Made by a program: the position numbers and the translations under genes. The notes under the pieces are model-generated. The model had not been told where the DNA came from. It was given only the letters and a program-made list of their open reading frames with translations, and ran no database searches. From Nostoc sp. (GTDB lineage: Bacteria; Cyanobacteriota; Cyanobacteriia; Cyanobacteriales; Nostocaceae): 50,557 bases of DNA. Numbering within the stretch: position 1 is the stretch's first letter; each line of letters begins with the position of its first letter. Positions 21,404 to 31,275 of this stretch are shown here, in pieces. Where the stretch lies: contig JBALDB010000059.1 in NCBI GenBank assembly GCA_036918135.1, positions 1-50,557 of the forward strand. Reading direction: 5' to 3'.

Positions 21404-22663
21404 TTACTGATTATCAGAAAGGCTCTTTTCAATTGTGCCTTTAGTTGCTAGTGTGCCTAAAGTTCCTGATGCTAATAAAAGAGGAAGATTTTCAATATCT
21501 TCTAAAAGAGTAAGTTTGCTTTCTCCAGTTTCTTTATCGCGGTGTGCAACAACCACAAAAGGAACTATCTCAGGGGCCAAAGCATCAAGTAAAGCTGGGT
21601 TATGAGTGGTAAGTAAAATATCGATTTTTCTTTTACTGCTAATCTCTCGCAGTATTCTTACTAGCAATTCTGCACGCGATGGATGAAGACCGTTATCTAT
21701 TTCTTCAATTACTAGTTGACTACCTTCTGGTCGGGTAAGTAGTGCTGTGAGGATTGCTATAAAACGGAGAGTTCCATCTGACATAGTTCTAGCATCAATT
21801 TCTGTAATATAACCAGGTTTCCATTCTTCCTGACAGTAAAGCATTGCATCAGTACCAAATCTGCCAACTTTTTCTGCCCATAGTTTTTGAATATCACCTT
21901 CCGGGAAATCTTTTATGTAGTTAGATAAAGTCGATTCTACTTCATTTTTATGTTCTTCAGATAATGCAGCTAATACACCAGCAATATTAGAGGCATCACT
22001 TTCAAGAGCGTCAGATAGGCGTGAATACTCGCGCATTTTAGAGGGAATAGGATTCAGAATAAAAATTTCTTTCAGAGTGGAAATAACACAATTGATGGCT
22101 TTAATTTTTAAGGGAAAATATCTTTCTTGAAGTTCTTTACCTAAAATAAGTCTTCCATCTTCGTCTGTCCTTAAATATATATGATTAGATACAATATCCT
22201 TAAAATCAAAATAACTTCCTGACTCTTTCATGCCACTTTTTGTATTTAAATCTACTTTTTGTACAGTAAACTTTTCTACATACTTAATAGTACGATCTTC
22301 ATTTAAATTTTGACGTTCAATATATTCTTTTATAACTTTGACTTCACTTCCTATTTGTATTTGTATGTTATACAAATAGTCTGTTCTATCATCTTCACCA
22401 TGAACTAAAGCATTTAATGTAAATTGAGTTTCAGGTTTCAATACAGCCCACTCTAAGCCACCTCTAATAGATGTAAGTGTTTTATCTCCTGCTAAAGCTG
22501 CTTCAAAATTCTCACCTCTAGCTATTCTTTGTAAAAACTCCAAAGCTTCAACCACATTAGATTTACCACTTGCATTTGTACCAATCAGAACAGTCAAAGG
22601 GTCAAGTGGAAGCTCCGCATAACGGAAACTTTTCCAATTTTCTAAAATGAGTTGCTTAAGCAT
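21404..22663 (-). CDS. ABC-superfamily (AAA_15/AAA_21-type) ATPase
   Basis: LENWKSF, Walker A GTNASGKS, signature MSDGT, Walker B/D-loop LVIEEIDNGLHP and H-loop LTTHN. ATG at 22663 has a GGAG RBS. Confidence 0.9.
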   Translation of the reverse strand: MLKQLILENWKSFRYAELPLDPLTVLIGTNASGKSNVVEALEFLQRIARGENFEAALAGDKTLTSIRGGLEWAVLKPETQFTLNALVHGEDDRTDYLYNIQIQIGSEVKVIKEYIERQNLNEDRTIKYVEKFTVQKVDLNTKSGMKESGSYFDFKDIVSNHIYLRTDEDGRLILGKELQERYFPLKIKAINCVISTLKEIFILNPIPSKMREYSRLSDALESDASNIAGVLAALSEEHKNEVESTLSNYIKDFPEGDIQKLWAEKVGRFGTDAMLYCQEEWKPGYITEIDARTMSDGTLRFIAILTALLTRPEGSQLVIEEIDNGLHPSRAELLVRILREISSKRKIDILLTTHNPALLDALAPEIVPFVVVAHRDKETGESKLTLLEDIENLPLLLASGTLGTLATKGTIEKSLSDNQ

Positions 22664-22893
22664 GATCAACTCCAAAACTCTACCTACTTCAATTTAGCTT
22701 TTATCAGGGGCGATCGCCCAAATCTTAAGCGGTCAACAGGCCATAGCTTCGCCAAAGCTTGGCAAACCCTAGCTACATTATGCTCAAAGCTGCAAAGCGT
22801 GTCTTATTTAATGATGTTTGCCCTTCTTGATGTTGCGAGTAGCTAACGAATCTCATCAGCAGCAAGAAAGGTAAAGTAATCTTCTTACATAAT

Positions 22894-24825
22894 TTAATTA
22901 CCCTGTCTATTTTGATTTAATGTAGATAGATAGTTCTTAAACCGATCGCTAAGTTGTTCCACTGTCAAATTCTGAGTCCAATATTCCACTAAAGCGTGAC
23001 CAAATGCCCAAGCATTCCGCTCAGGTGAAGCGGAGTTTTCTAACAGCAACGGCCACAAAGATAGCAATTCAAAATTGAGCGGGTTAGAGTTACCTGTATT
23101 CAAAAGCGAGAACAAATCGTAAGCCATTTGGAGTTTACCAATTACAATTGGTAGCTGTTCTACGGGGATTTGTTCTGCTAACAGATAAGCCAAGGTTGGA
23201 GAGCCAGTTGATAGTGTAGAAATAAACTGAAGGACGGGACTTTTGAGCAGTGATGTTAATCCCTGCGTTGTTGCCATTTGAAAAGTGTAATGGTCGATGA
23301 TTTTTGCAGCAGCAACGGTGCGGGCTTCCAGGTTACGCAAAAATCGAGCCAGACGCAGTTGCTTGGTAGGGGCGATCGCATTTATTAATCCCAACGATAG
23401 CGCTTCTACTCCCCAAGCAACTCGACGTGTTTTGTTGTCAGCTGTAACCAGAGGTAGAACTAAATTACAGAAGTTTTCTAGCTGCTGATTACGGTACTCA
23501 GTGGCTTCACGAATCGCAATTTCCTTAGGACGATTGCCCCATTGCCAATCATAAGGCGGTTGCCATTCGCGGATCGGACGCAGCCGATCTACCTGAGTGA
23601 CAACTGCGATCGCTGGTAAATCTGGAATTTCTGCTTTCATGTCATGGAGAAAGTCTACATCCATTTGTAGGGCAGGATCTAAAGCTGGGGTTACTAACAG
23701 CAGCAAATCTGCGTTGTCGGCATAATCAAGCACTAAATTTCGTAAATCTGTACGCTTGACTTGCTCGTAACCAGGTGTGTCCCAAAGCGTCAGGCTTTCC
23801 CCACTTTGAGAGTGCCATTGGTAATTCTGAATGCGATCGGTACTGGGCAAAACATCAACGGCTGCTAGATCTGCTTGAAATAGGGTGTTAATCAAACTGC
23901 TTTTTCCCGAACCCGTGCGTCCCACCAGCAGAATACTCACGGGTTTTTGTTCAACTGCCTCTGCTGGTTGGGCTTGAGTCAGGATTTGTTTGAGTGTTTG
24001 GGTTTTGGCTTTGGGTAGAGTTTGTGTAGTTGAAGATACTGAAATAGGTAAATTTCTACCTCCATAGAGCGCGATCGCTTGTCGGCATAAGTTTCTCAGG
24101 GCAGCTTCGCGCAATAATTGACTCAAATTCACCAATAATTGCTCAGTTGCGCGGTTACTGGAACCTTGGCTAACTTGTTTTGCCACCGCCGCCACGGGAT
24201 TTAATAGCCACTGCGCCCAGTTCCAAACTTTCCAGAATTTACGGGCAGATGGTTCCAACTTCCGGTAAACTTCGTAGGCTTGGTATGCTTGTCCAACCGT
24301 TACCTGATTTAGCACAGGGGATAACTTTTGCATCCACAGATCCACATCGTCCACCGTTCCGCGAATCAGTCCGTAAGCCTGGGGAACGTAGATATTTAAC
24401 AAGGGATATTGAATTTGCGGATTGTAGATATGTGCGATCGCTACAACCAAATTTTGGCATCGCGTCCAAAAAGTTTGCCAATCTTCCCAAATCGGGCGAT
24501 CGCTTTGTGCGGTCTGGAGAATTTCTTGCAAGGCTGCTTCTGCAAGCTTTGTGGCGTCACTTCCCGCTGGTAGTACTGTATCTTCTGCTGTCGATTCTAA
24601 TTCTTGCTGGACTTCGGCTAATACAGCTTCTACCTGCTGTAAGGCGGGTTGAGTCCATTTTACTAGTAACCAACGCCAGCCAACGAATAAAAGAGTGAAC
24701 ACACCCCAAATCCAATTAATGCCCCACGCATGGATTTGCAAACCGGCGGATACTAGTAAGAAAATAATAATGAAAGCGATCGGAATTACTAATACAACCC
24801 ATTGCCACAGCTTTAATCGCACCAT
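22894..24825 (-). CDS. Membrane-anchored GTPase-family protein (MMR_HSR1/Era-like domain)
   Basis: Two N-terminal transmembrane helices; G1 GRTGSGKS, G3 DTPG, G4-like TQVD. Confidence 0.88.
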   Translation of the reverse strand: MVRLKLWQWVVLVIPIAFIIIFLLVSAGLQIHAWGINWIWGVFTLLFVGWRWLLVKWTQPALQQVEAVLAEVQQELESTAEDTVLPAGSDATKLAEAALQEILQTAQSDRPIWEDWQTFWTRCQNLVVAIAHIYNPQIQYPLLNIYVPQAYGLIRGTVDDVDLWMQKLSPVLNQVTVGQAYQAYEVYRKLEPSARKFWKVWNWAQWLLNPVAAVAKQVSQGSSNRATEQLLVNLSQLLREAALRNLCRQAIALYGGRNLPISVSSTTQTLPKAKTQTLKQILTQAQPAEAVEQKPVSILLVGRTGSGKSSLINTLFQADLAAVDVLPSTDRIQNYQWHSQSGESLTLWDTPGYEQVKRTDLRNLVLDYADNADLLLLVTPALDPALQMDVDFLHDMKAEIPDLPAIAVVTQVDRLRPIREWQPPYDWQWGNRPKEIAIREATEYRNQQLENFCNLVLPLVTADNKTRRVAWGVEALSLGLINAIAPTKQLRLARFLRNLEARTVAAAKIIDHYTFQMATTQGLTSLLKSPVLQFISTLSTGSPTLAYLLAEQIPVEQLPIVIGKLQMAYDLFSLLNTGNSNPLNFELLSLWPLLLENSASPERNAWAFGHALVEYWTQNLTVEQLSDRFKNYLSTLNQNRQGN

Positions 24826-25042
24826 TGCCCCATACCTTTTGAGTTTTGCTAAAAAACTACTCCTATAAAAAGTTTATCGTTTCCAATCTGGGCAGAATAA
24901 AGCGATCGCACTTCATGACTACCCATCATGCACCTACTTTTAAGGATTGACATTGCTTTGTGTGCAGAAGCCAGTGGGGGATTTGAGTCTGAAGCGCTCA
25001 AATACATGATTAATCAGAAGATGCAAAAATTGGCTTGCAAGC

Positions 25043-25790
25043 GTGCGATCGCTAAGTTGCCAGGAAACAACAGGTGCTACAAAGTATTTTTGTTCATCAT
25101 AGAAGTCAACGAAACTTTCTGTCGTTTGACCCGCAAGGTTGAGACGATATAAGACCGTCTTGCTGGGATTAAGTGGACCACTCAAGTCTATTGCACCGCG
25201 ATAGAAGTTGAAGCTGCCAGCAGACGCTTCCACCGCATAGAAAGGGTTGCTTAGGGGTTGTTTAGTGATATAATTAATTACCCCACCCAACGAACCCTGA
25301 CCGTAGAGAACAGAAGCGGGTCCTTTGAGCACTTCAACCCGTTCGATAGCAGCCGTATCAAAACCCTGAAATACATAACTGCGGTCTCTCAACCCGTTTC
25401 TCTGAATATTACTTCCAGCAACAAAGCCTCGGATCAAAGGTTGCTCAAAATTTCTACAGGTTGATGAATTAGGTCCCTGTGTTACACCGGGTACGTTTCT
25501 GAGGGCTTCACTCAGATTCCTTACCTGCTGGTCTTCTAGCACCTGCCGGGGTACTACTTGAATCGATTGCGGAATGTCGCACAGGGGCGTATCGGTTCTG
25601 GTGGCAGTCGATCCATCTGTTACGCGATAAGTATCTTGTTCACCTGTCACCACCAACTCAATCGGTTCATCACCCTCTGCCGATGGTTGAGCTGGCTGTG
25701 TCTGATTTTCTGGCAGCTGTGTTTGGGGCTGTTGTGGAGAAGTTGCTGTTCCAGTAGAAGCTACCGCAAAAACTAGCCCTGCATTATGCA
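25043..25790 (-). pseudogene. TonB-dependent siderophore receptor fragment (end of AMIN domain, TonB box, plug, start of barrel)
   Basis: NAGLVFAV...IELVVTGEQ...DIPQSIQVVP...ERVEVLKGPASVLYG...VSWQLSDRT. The 5' end is fused to an AraC remnant, and similarity stops at HIP1 25045-25052. Confidence 0.85.
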
Positions 25791-26458
25791 AAGTGTCCTG
25801 GGTTAGAATAACCGATCTTGTTGGCAATCTCAGCAACGGTAGTATTACCTTGCCGCAATAGTTGTTCCGCCCATTCCATACGCTTATCGGTAATGTAGCG
25901 AAATACTGTTGTGCCAAAGAGTTCTGTAAATCCCCGTTTGAGAGTGGTAGTACTCACCCCCACAAGTTGGGCTAATTCCACTATTGATGGCGGATTCTCC
26001 AGACGAGAGAGCAAAATATCCCTAGCATACTCAATACGGGCGATCGTTGCAGGTTTGAGCCGAGGCGAATAATGTAATCCACTTTGATCTGCAAAGATCG
26101 GACCCAGTTGCAATGCCATTAATTCTATGACCTTCCCCTGCAAATACATCCGCTTCATCATCCCTTTGTAAGGACAACTGACGATTTGCTGTGCCACTCC
26201 TTGGATAGCTGTTGTAATTTGGGGATAAATTAATGTCTGCCAGTCCTGACCTTTTGCCAGCAGCCTCAATTGGTGAGGAATTTGTCCATCCAGATCGGGG
26301 AAAAAGGTTGTGAGAAGATCGGGTGGCAGTTCGATGTCAACACCTACATACCGAGATTTTGGACTCTCTACAGTCATTTTTGGTTGAACACCGCTGCCAG
26401 AGATGAGTGTGTATCCTTCCTCAACCTGTCCTCCGTATTCATCAACAGCTTTGCCTGA
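25784..26458 (-). pseudogene. AraC-family (PchR-like) regulator remnant truncated at both ends
   Basis: TLISGSG...CPYKGMMKRMYLQGKVIEL...LKRGFTELFGTTVF...GYSNPGHFA*. It stops inside the second HTH, and the N-terminus is missing. Confidence 0.8.
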
Positions 26459-26525
26459 TTATTATCAAGATTTTTACAATAATTTCCAAAATTGGAATAT
26501 TTATCAAAATTGTTACCAACTAAAT

Positions 26526-26554
26526 TTGCACACAGACATCAACTATGGTAATCT
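26526..26554 (+). promoter_or_regulatory. Putative promoter for riboswitch 1 and btuB
   Basis: TTGCAC, 17-bp spacer, TAATCT with an extended TGn, about 11 bp before the aptamer. Confidence 0.5.
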
Positions 26555-26565
26555 GACACATGATT

Positions 26566-26727
26566 GTCGGTTCTGATGGGGAACAGCCATCAGGCGTAAG
26601 GGGGAAAGTTCGGTGTAAATCCGGCGCTGTCCCGCAGCTGTAAAGAGACAAAGATAACGTAGTCTCAAAGTCAGAATGCCCGCCGACTCACTCTAGACAC
26701 AAAACACTTATCTGCGAGGCACAGATG
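26566..26727 (+). ncRNA. Cobalamin riboswitch 1
   Basis: AAGGGGGAAAGTTCGGTGTAAATCCGGCGCTGTCCCGCAGCTGTAA core; B12-box AAGTCAGAATGCCCGCC; GTCGG/CCGAC closing stem; downstream ATCTG-CGAGGCA-CAGAT hairpin. Confidence 0.93.
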
Positions 26728-27010
26728 ATACATATAATTAACAAATTTCAAGGGTACAGATATCGATTTAAGAAAGTATCCTCTGTAAGTGTTACTACTT
26801 CGCTTCGCTGTTAGTAACGACACTTAATTTTGGATTGTCCTATAGAAATTTGGGTATCCATTAGGAATACCACAGAGCCTTTTTTGCGATCCAAATAGTA
26901 TTCACCATGATTTAGGTATGGCAATGCATTGTAGCAAGCTCGTTCAAGCCTAAATCTCAAAACTCAATAGCACAAATCAATATCTGCATTTACTAAAAAC
27001 GAGGAATTTC

Positions 27011-29125
27011 ATGTCTACTTCCCGTGTTGTTACTTACTGTGAATTTTTCTCAAAAATCTTCGTTTTTACCGCAATCTACGGGATTGTATGTGGGAGATAC
27101 GTAGCCATTGCTAATCAAGTTCCACAAATATCTGAGTTTCCCAAGTATCAAGGTTCTGCAAGAGACTTACAACCAGTTGCACAAACAACACCTGAAAATA
27201 CCCCAGCGTCCACAGAAGAACCAGATATTGAACTAACAGTTATCGACAAGCTACTCAACGAACCCGTTTATTCACCCTTTCGCCGTGAAGGGACAGTGAA
27301 AGATTCCACTCGTCCGGTTTACGTGATTACAGGTTCAGAAATAGAAGCGCAGGGTGCTAAAACTGTCAGAGAAGCGCTCAAATTCCTTCCAGGTATCTTG
27401 CCTGATGGTACAGTTGGCACGGAAGTAAACGCCTTAAGCGGTCAATTTATTCGAGGTTCTAACTCTGCACAAGTCTTGATTTTGCTTGATGGTAGGCCAA
27501 TTAACGAACTTGGTTCTGGTGGTTTTGATCTTTCAGAATTTACTACCAATATCGTTGAAAGAATCGAAGTATTACCAGGTGGTGGTTCTACTCTTTATGG
27601 TTCCGATGCAATTGGAGGGGTGATTAATATTATCACTCGTCGTCCTACAGAAAAAGTGACGACACAAGCAGGTGTTAATTTTGGCGCGTATGGATTAAAT
27701 CAGCAGACTATTAATAGTAGCGGAAAAATAGGAGATATTGGTTGGGTTGTAGGTTATAACCGTACCCAAGCTGAAAATAACTACCCTTTTTCGATTCCAG
27801 AGGCGAATTTTGAGGGAACCAGAGACAATAATGATGTTCTCTACAACAACTTTAATGTCAAGTTAGAGGCGGATTTAGGTTCTCGCAATACCCTAACTCT
27901 CTCAACCTTATACTTAGGCAAAGACCAAGGAGTACCAGGAGGAGTCCCGATTCCTGAACCATTGTATGGTCAAGGCTATTTTAACTCGCTGACTGATAGC
28001 GATCGCAAATACACAGACCAAGTTCTCACAGATTTAATCTGGAACTCAAAATTAGGAAGTGGAAATGATTCGCTGCTAACAACAAGAGTTTATGCAGATT
28101 TCCTCAACACTCGCTTTGATAGTCGCAATTCATCCCAAGCACGATATGATAACAGACAAGCTTCTTATGGATTGCAAGCACAACACAGTTGGAAATTTGC
28201 TAATAATCAAACCCTAGTTTATGGCTTTGATTACCGCAATGTCTCAGCTACTAATAGTACATTCGACTTTTCTGTTGATACAAAAACAGTCACTTACGAC
28301 GATAGTATTAGTCAAGGAGCGCTATTTGCTAGATATGAAATTAATTTCACTCCTAGTTTCACAGCCAACTTAGGTTTACGCCAGGATTTTAGCAGCTTGA
28401 CCAATGGCTCTTTTACATCACCAAGTGTCGGAGCAAAATTTGCACTTACAGATTATACCACCCTGAGAGCTAATTATATCAAGAATTTCCGTGCGCCGAA
28501 TCTTTTCAACTTATATGCGAATGGTGGTACTTACGTTGGCAATCCTAATCTGCGTCCAGAGAAAGGCGATAGTTATGATATCGGAATTGACCAGAAGCTA
28601 GGTAACTTTGGTTTATTGCGCTTGACCTATTTCAACAACACAATATCAGATTTAATCGCTTATAACTTTGCTGTTCCGGTAGCTACTTACGAAAATATTG
28701 GTAAGGTTCGCACTACAGGAATCGAAGCAGTTTTAAACTTGCAGCTAGCGAAGAATATCTATGCTTTTGTTAGTTATACGGCAAACGATCCGCAGATTTT
28801 GAAAAGTACAAACTCTGCTGAAGTTGATAAAGAATTAAGATTTGCAGGTGCAGATAGTTTAAATGCAGGATTTTCTTATGAAACTCGTCAAGGTTTATAT
28901 GCTGGAATACTGATGCATTCTTTGGGTGCGTATCCCATAAATAACACCAATACAGAATTTTTGTCTGGGTACACTACTTTTGATTTTAAAATACGCGTAC
29001 CTTTGAACGATAACTTAATACTTACAAGTAGTGTAGATAATCTCTTTAACCAGCGTTATCAGTTGTTTCCAGGTTATCCTGATGGGGGGCGGTTTTTTCA
29101 AGTTGGGTTGAGTTCTACGTTTTGA
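27011..29125 (+). CDS. btuB: TonB-dependent cobalamin receptor (BtuB-like)
   Basis: Plug motifs FIRGSNSAQVLILLDG and ERIEVLPGGGSTLYGSDAIGGVINIIT; GNPNLRPE; C-terminal Phe; downstream of a B12 riboswitch. Confidence 0.85.
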   Translation: MSTSRVVTYCEFFSKIFVFTAIYGIVCGRYVAIANQVPQISEFPKYQGSARDLQPVAQTTPENTPASTEEPDIELTVIDKLLNEPVYSPFRREGTVKDSTRPVYVITGSEIEAQGAKTVREALKFLPGILPDGTVGTEVNALSGQFIRGSNSAQVLILLDGRPINELGSGGFDLSEFTTNIVERIEVLPGGGSTLYGSDAIGGVINIITRRPTEKVTTQAGVNFGAYGLNQQTINSSGKIGDIGWVVGYNRTQAENNYPFSIPEANFEGTRDNNDVLYNNFNVKLEADLGSRNTLTLSTLYLGKDQGVPGGVPIPEPLYGQGYFNSLTDSDRKYTDQVLTDLIWNSKLGSGNDSLLTTRVYADFLNTRFDSRNSSQARYDNRQASYGLQAQHSWKFANNQTLVYGFDYRNVSATNSTFDFSVDTKTVTYDDSISQGALFARYEINFTPSFTANLGLRQDFSSLTNGSFTSPSVGAKFALTDYTTLRANYIKNFRAPNLFNLYANGGTYVGNPNLRPEKGDSYDIGIDQKLGNFGLLRLTYFNNTISDLIAYNFAVPVATYENIGKVRTTGIEAVLNLQLAKNIYAFVSYTANDPQILKSTNSAEVDKELRFAGADSLNAGFSYETRQGLYAGILMHSLGAYPINNTNTEFLSGYTTFDFKIRVPLNDNLILTSSVDNLFNQRYQLFPGYPDGGRFFQVGLSSTF

Positions 29126-29168
29126 GGGAAAGAGTTTTTTCACGCAGAGACACAGAGGAGAGTATTAA

Positions 29169-30041
29169 ATGACTGAGTTTAATTGTTGGGTAACTTCTGT
29201 TAATAAGGTTGTAACTGAGATTTTATCTACGGGGGGGTCTATTGAATATGAATATTTTGATTCGAGTACTGATGTTTTATCGTCACTACTTTATACTCTA
29301 TTTCAGCAAAATTGGCAACAGGTAGGGGTAGGGCATATTGTCCAAGGCGGTGTATTAGAATTAGAATTTAATGCTCCACCTAAAATTTGTATTCTCTATG
29401 ATGGATATCTCACAGTAGTTACACAAGGCTGGCATTTGCACCTATGTATAGAGGCTAATTTAGGTGGCCCTCATTGTAAGACTCCTTTGGAATTAAGGCA
29501 ACAACGTCAAGTTAGTCGCGCTGCATTTTATCGACGGTTTAATGCAGAAGGTATTCCTAGAAGTTGGGGTATTGATTTTTGGAATGGTGCAGACGAAAAC
29601 CTTATGACTATTTTCTTGCCAAATCCGTATGTAGAAGATGAGAATTTATTACCAGAAGGCAAGCCTAATTTATCAAAGTTAGCTCTTTATGAGGAACTAC
29701 GAGAGATTTATATATTCGGAAACAAACCTATACCGTTCACTAAAAATCCTCTTAAACATTCTTATATTTCCGTTTGTACTTCTACTCGCTGTCTTCCGTC
29801 ACGCAAATGGCAACCTACATTTGACGCTTTAAAATCAGCAGTTGAAAAAGCAGGTGTAGATGTGGAAGTAAGAACATCTGGCTGTTTGGAAGTTTGCCAA
29901 TTAGGGCCAGTGGTATTTTATTCAGATGATCGTACTTGGTACACTCGCGTTAATTCAAATGTTGCTGAAACTATTGTCAATGAACATTTGGTGAAAGGTA
30001 ATAAAGTATCTGAAAATATATATCCACCGGAGTCTGTTTAA
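29169..30041 (+). CDS. Protein with an uncharacterised N-terminal domain and a C-terminal thioredoxin-like [2Fe-2S] ferredoxin domain
   Basis: VCTSTRC...GCLEVCQLGPVV...WY...IVNEHL is the TRX-like 2Fe-2S pattern; N-terminal WHLHLCI motif; 43 bp after btuB. Confidence 0.8.
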   Translation: MTEFNCWVTSVNKVVTEILSTGGSIEYEYFDSSTDVLSSLLYTLFQQNWQQVGVGHIVQGGVLELEFNAPPKICILYDGYLTVVTQGWHLHLCIEANLGGPHCKTPLELRQQRQVSRAAFYRRFNAEGIPRSWGIDFWNGADENLMTIFLPNPYVEDENLLPEGKPNLSKLALYEELREIYIFGNKPIPFTKNPLKHSYISVCTSTRCLPSRKWQPTFDALKSAVEKAGVDVEVRTSGCLEVCQLGPVVFYSDDRTWYTRVNSNVAETIVNEHLVKGNKVSENIYPPESV

Positions 30042-30527
30042 ATTAGGACTTACACCATCACCTCTTCGAGTTGTACCTAGGATCACAGAAATTAAATAGA
30101 AATTCTATATGTAACAGCTACAGAGCTGAATCAAAAATCTGCTGTGCGGTAAGTTTCAGTTCGGGGAAACAGGGAGAAACGATTCGGTCGTTTTCCTTCT
30201 GGCTTTTGCTCCAAAAATTATTGAATGATTAATAGTTTTTGTTTTGGCAGTACTTGAGTCATATTTATTTGTAATTGATATTCATTAACTTTTAAGCATA
30301 ACTGCCCCTATGATTTTAGCGTGCAAAGCCTCTACCTCAAGTTCCGAATAAACATTTGGTGAAAGTGAATAAAGTTATTGAATATCCTACTTACTAAATC
30401 TTGTTTGATGCGATCGCCCCCGTCTGTATTTCGCTCGAAACCTCTGGGTTAGCCCTACCTAAACCATTGGTACAAGCCTTTCGCCGATCCGAAATTCCTA
30501 CAAGGGCAACAGTAGATACAATGATTG

Positions 30528-31275
30528 TTAAAACTGCCACGAAACTGTCCCTAGTACTGTAAACGGCGCGCCAGGAAACACAGTGCTTCTACCATAGGCA
30601 CTTTCAAAATAGTTTACATCAAACAAGTTCTTGATATTCAGCCCGACTCGCCAGTTGTCACGGCGGTAATAAATCAATGCATCGGTTCGCACATAGCTGG
30701 GCAATGTGAATGTATTCTCCAAGTCTCCCTGGCGATCGCCCACAAAAAATAATCCCCCGCCAAATCCAAAACCTTTCAAATCTCCAGTTTGGATTTCATA
30801 GGTTGTCCATAAAGAAGCACTGTTTCGGGCAACATTACTCGGTTCATTCCCCTTGTATTCTGGTCTGGTATCTTCAGTAATTTCCGGATCGATATAAGTA
30901 TAACTAGCAATGATTTTCCATCCCGGCAAGATTTCTCCAGCGACATCAAACTCAATGCCACGAGAGCGTTGTTCGCCCACCTGGAGGCTATTTAGTGGAT
31001 TCACTGGATCGCTGACAACAAGATTTTGCTAGTCACCCCACTTACGTTCTGAACTGCTTCCCTTGGTTGCGTAATTCGTTGATCCTTTAGCACGTTTGCT
31101 GGGATAACTTGAATTGACTGAGGAATGTCGCGGATGGGAATATCGGTTTTAGTGGCAGTGCTGGCATTAGGGACTTTATACCCATCTTGCTCACCTGTCA
31201 CCACCAACTCAATCGGCTCATTACCCTGTGCCGATGGTTGAGTTGGTTGTGTCTGGTTTTCCGGTTGCTGTGCTT
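30528..31275 (-). pseudogene. TonB-dependent siderophore receptor with the N-terminus and most of the plug/barrel deleted
   Basis: IELVVTGEQ...DIPQSIQVIP...VSGVTS is joined out of frame near 31030 to QNLVVSDPVNPLNSLQVGEQRSRG...TVSWQF*. Confidence 0.85.

Noticed and set aside
24940..25917. 325-aa ORF as a genuine receptor gene
   Set aside because: A chimera of out-of-frame AraC sequence, a receptor fragment and unrelated DNA past a HIP1 site; no signal peptide and no C-terminal barrel.
30050..30520. Possible remnants of a siderophore-binding lipoprotein and a second Fur box (near 30273)
   Set aside because: Similarity is too weak to support by eye; needs blastx and a motif scan.
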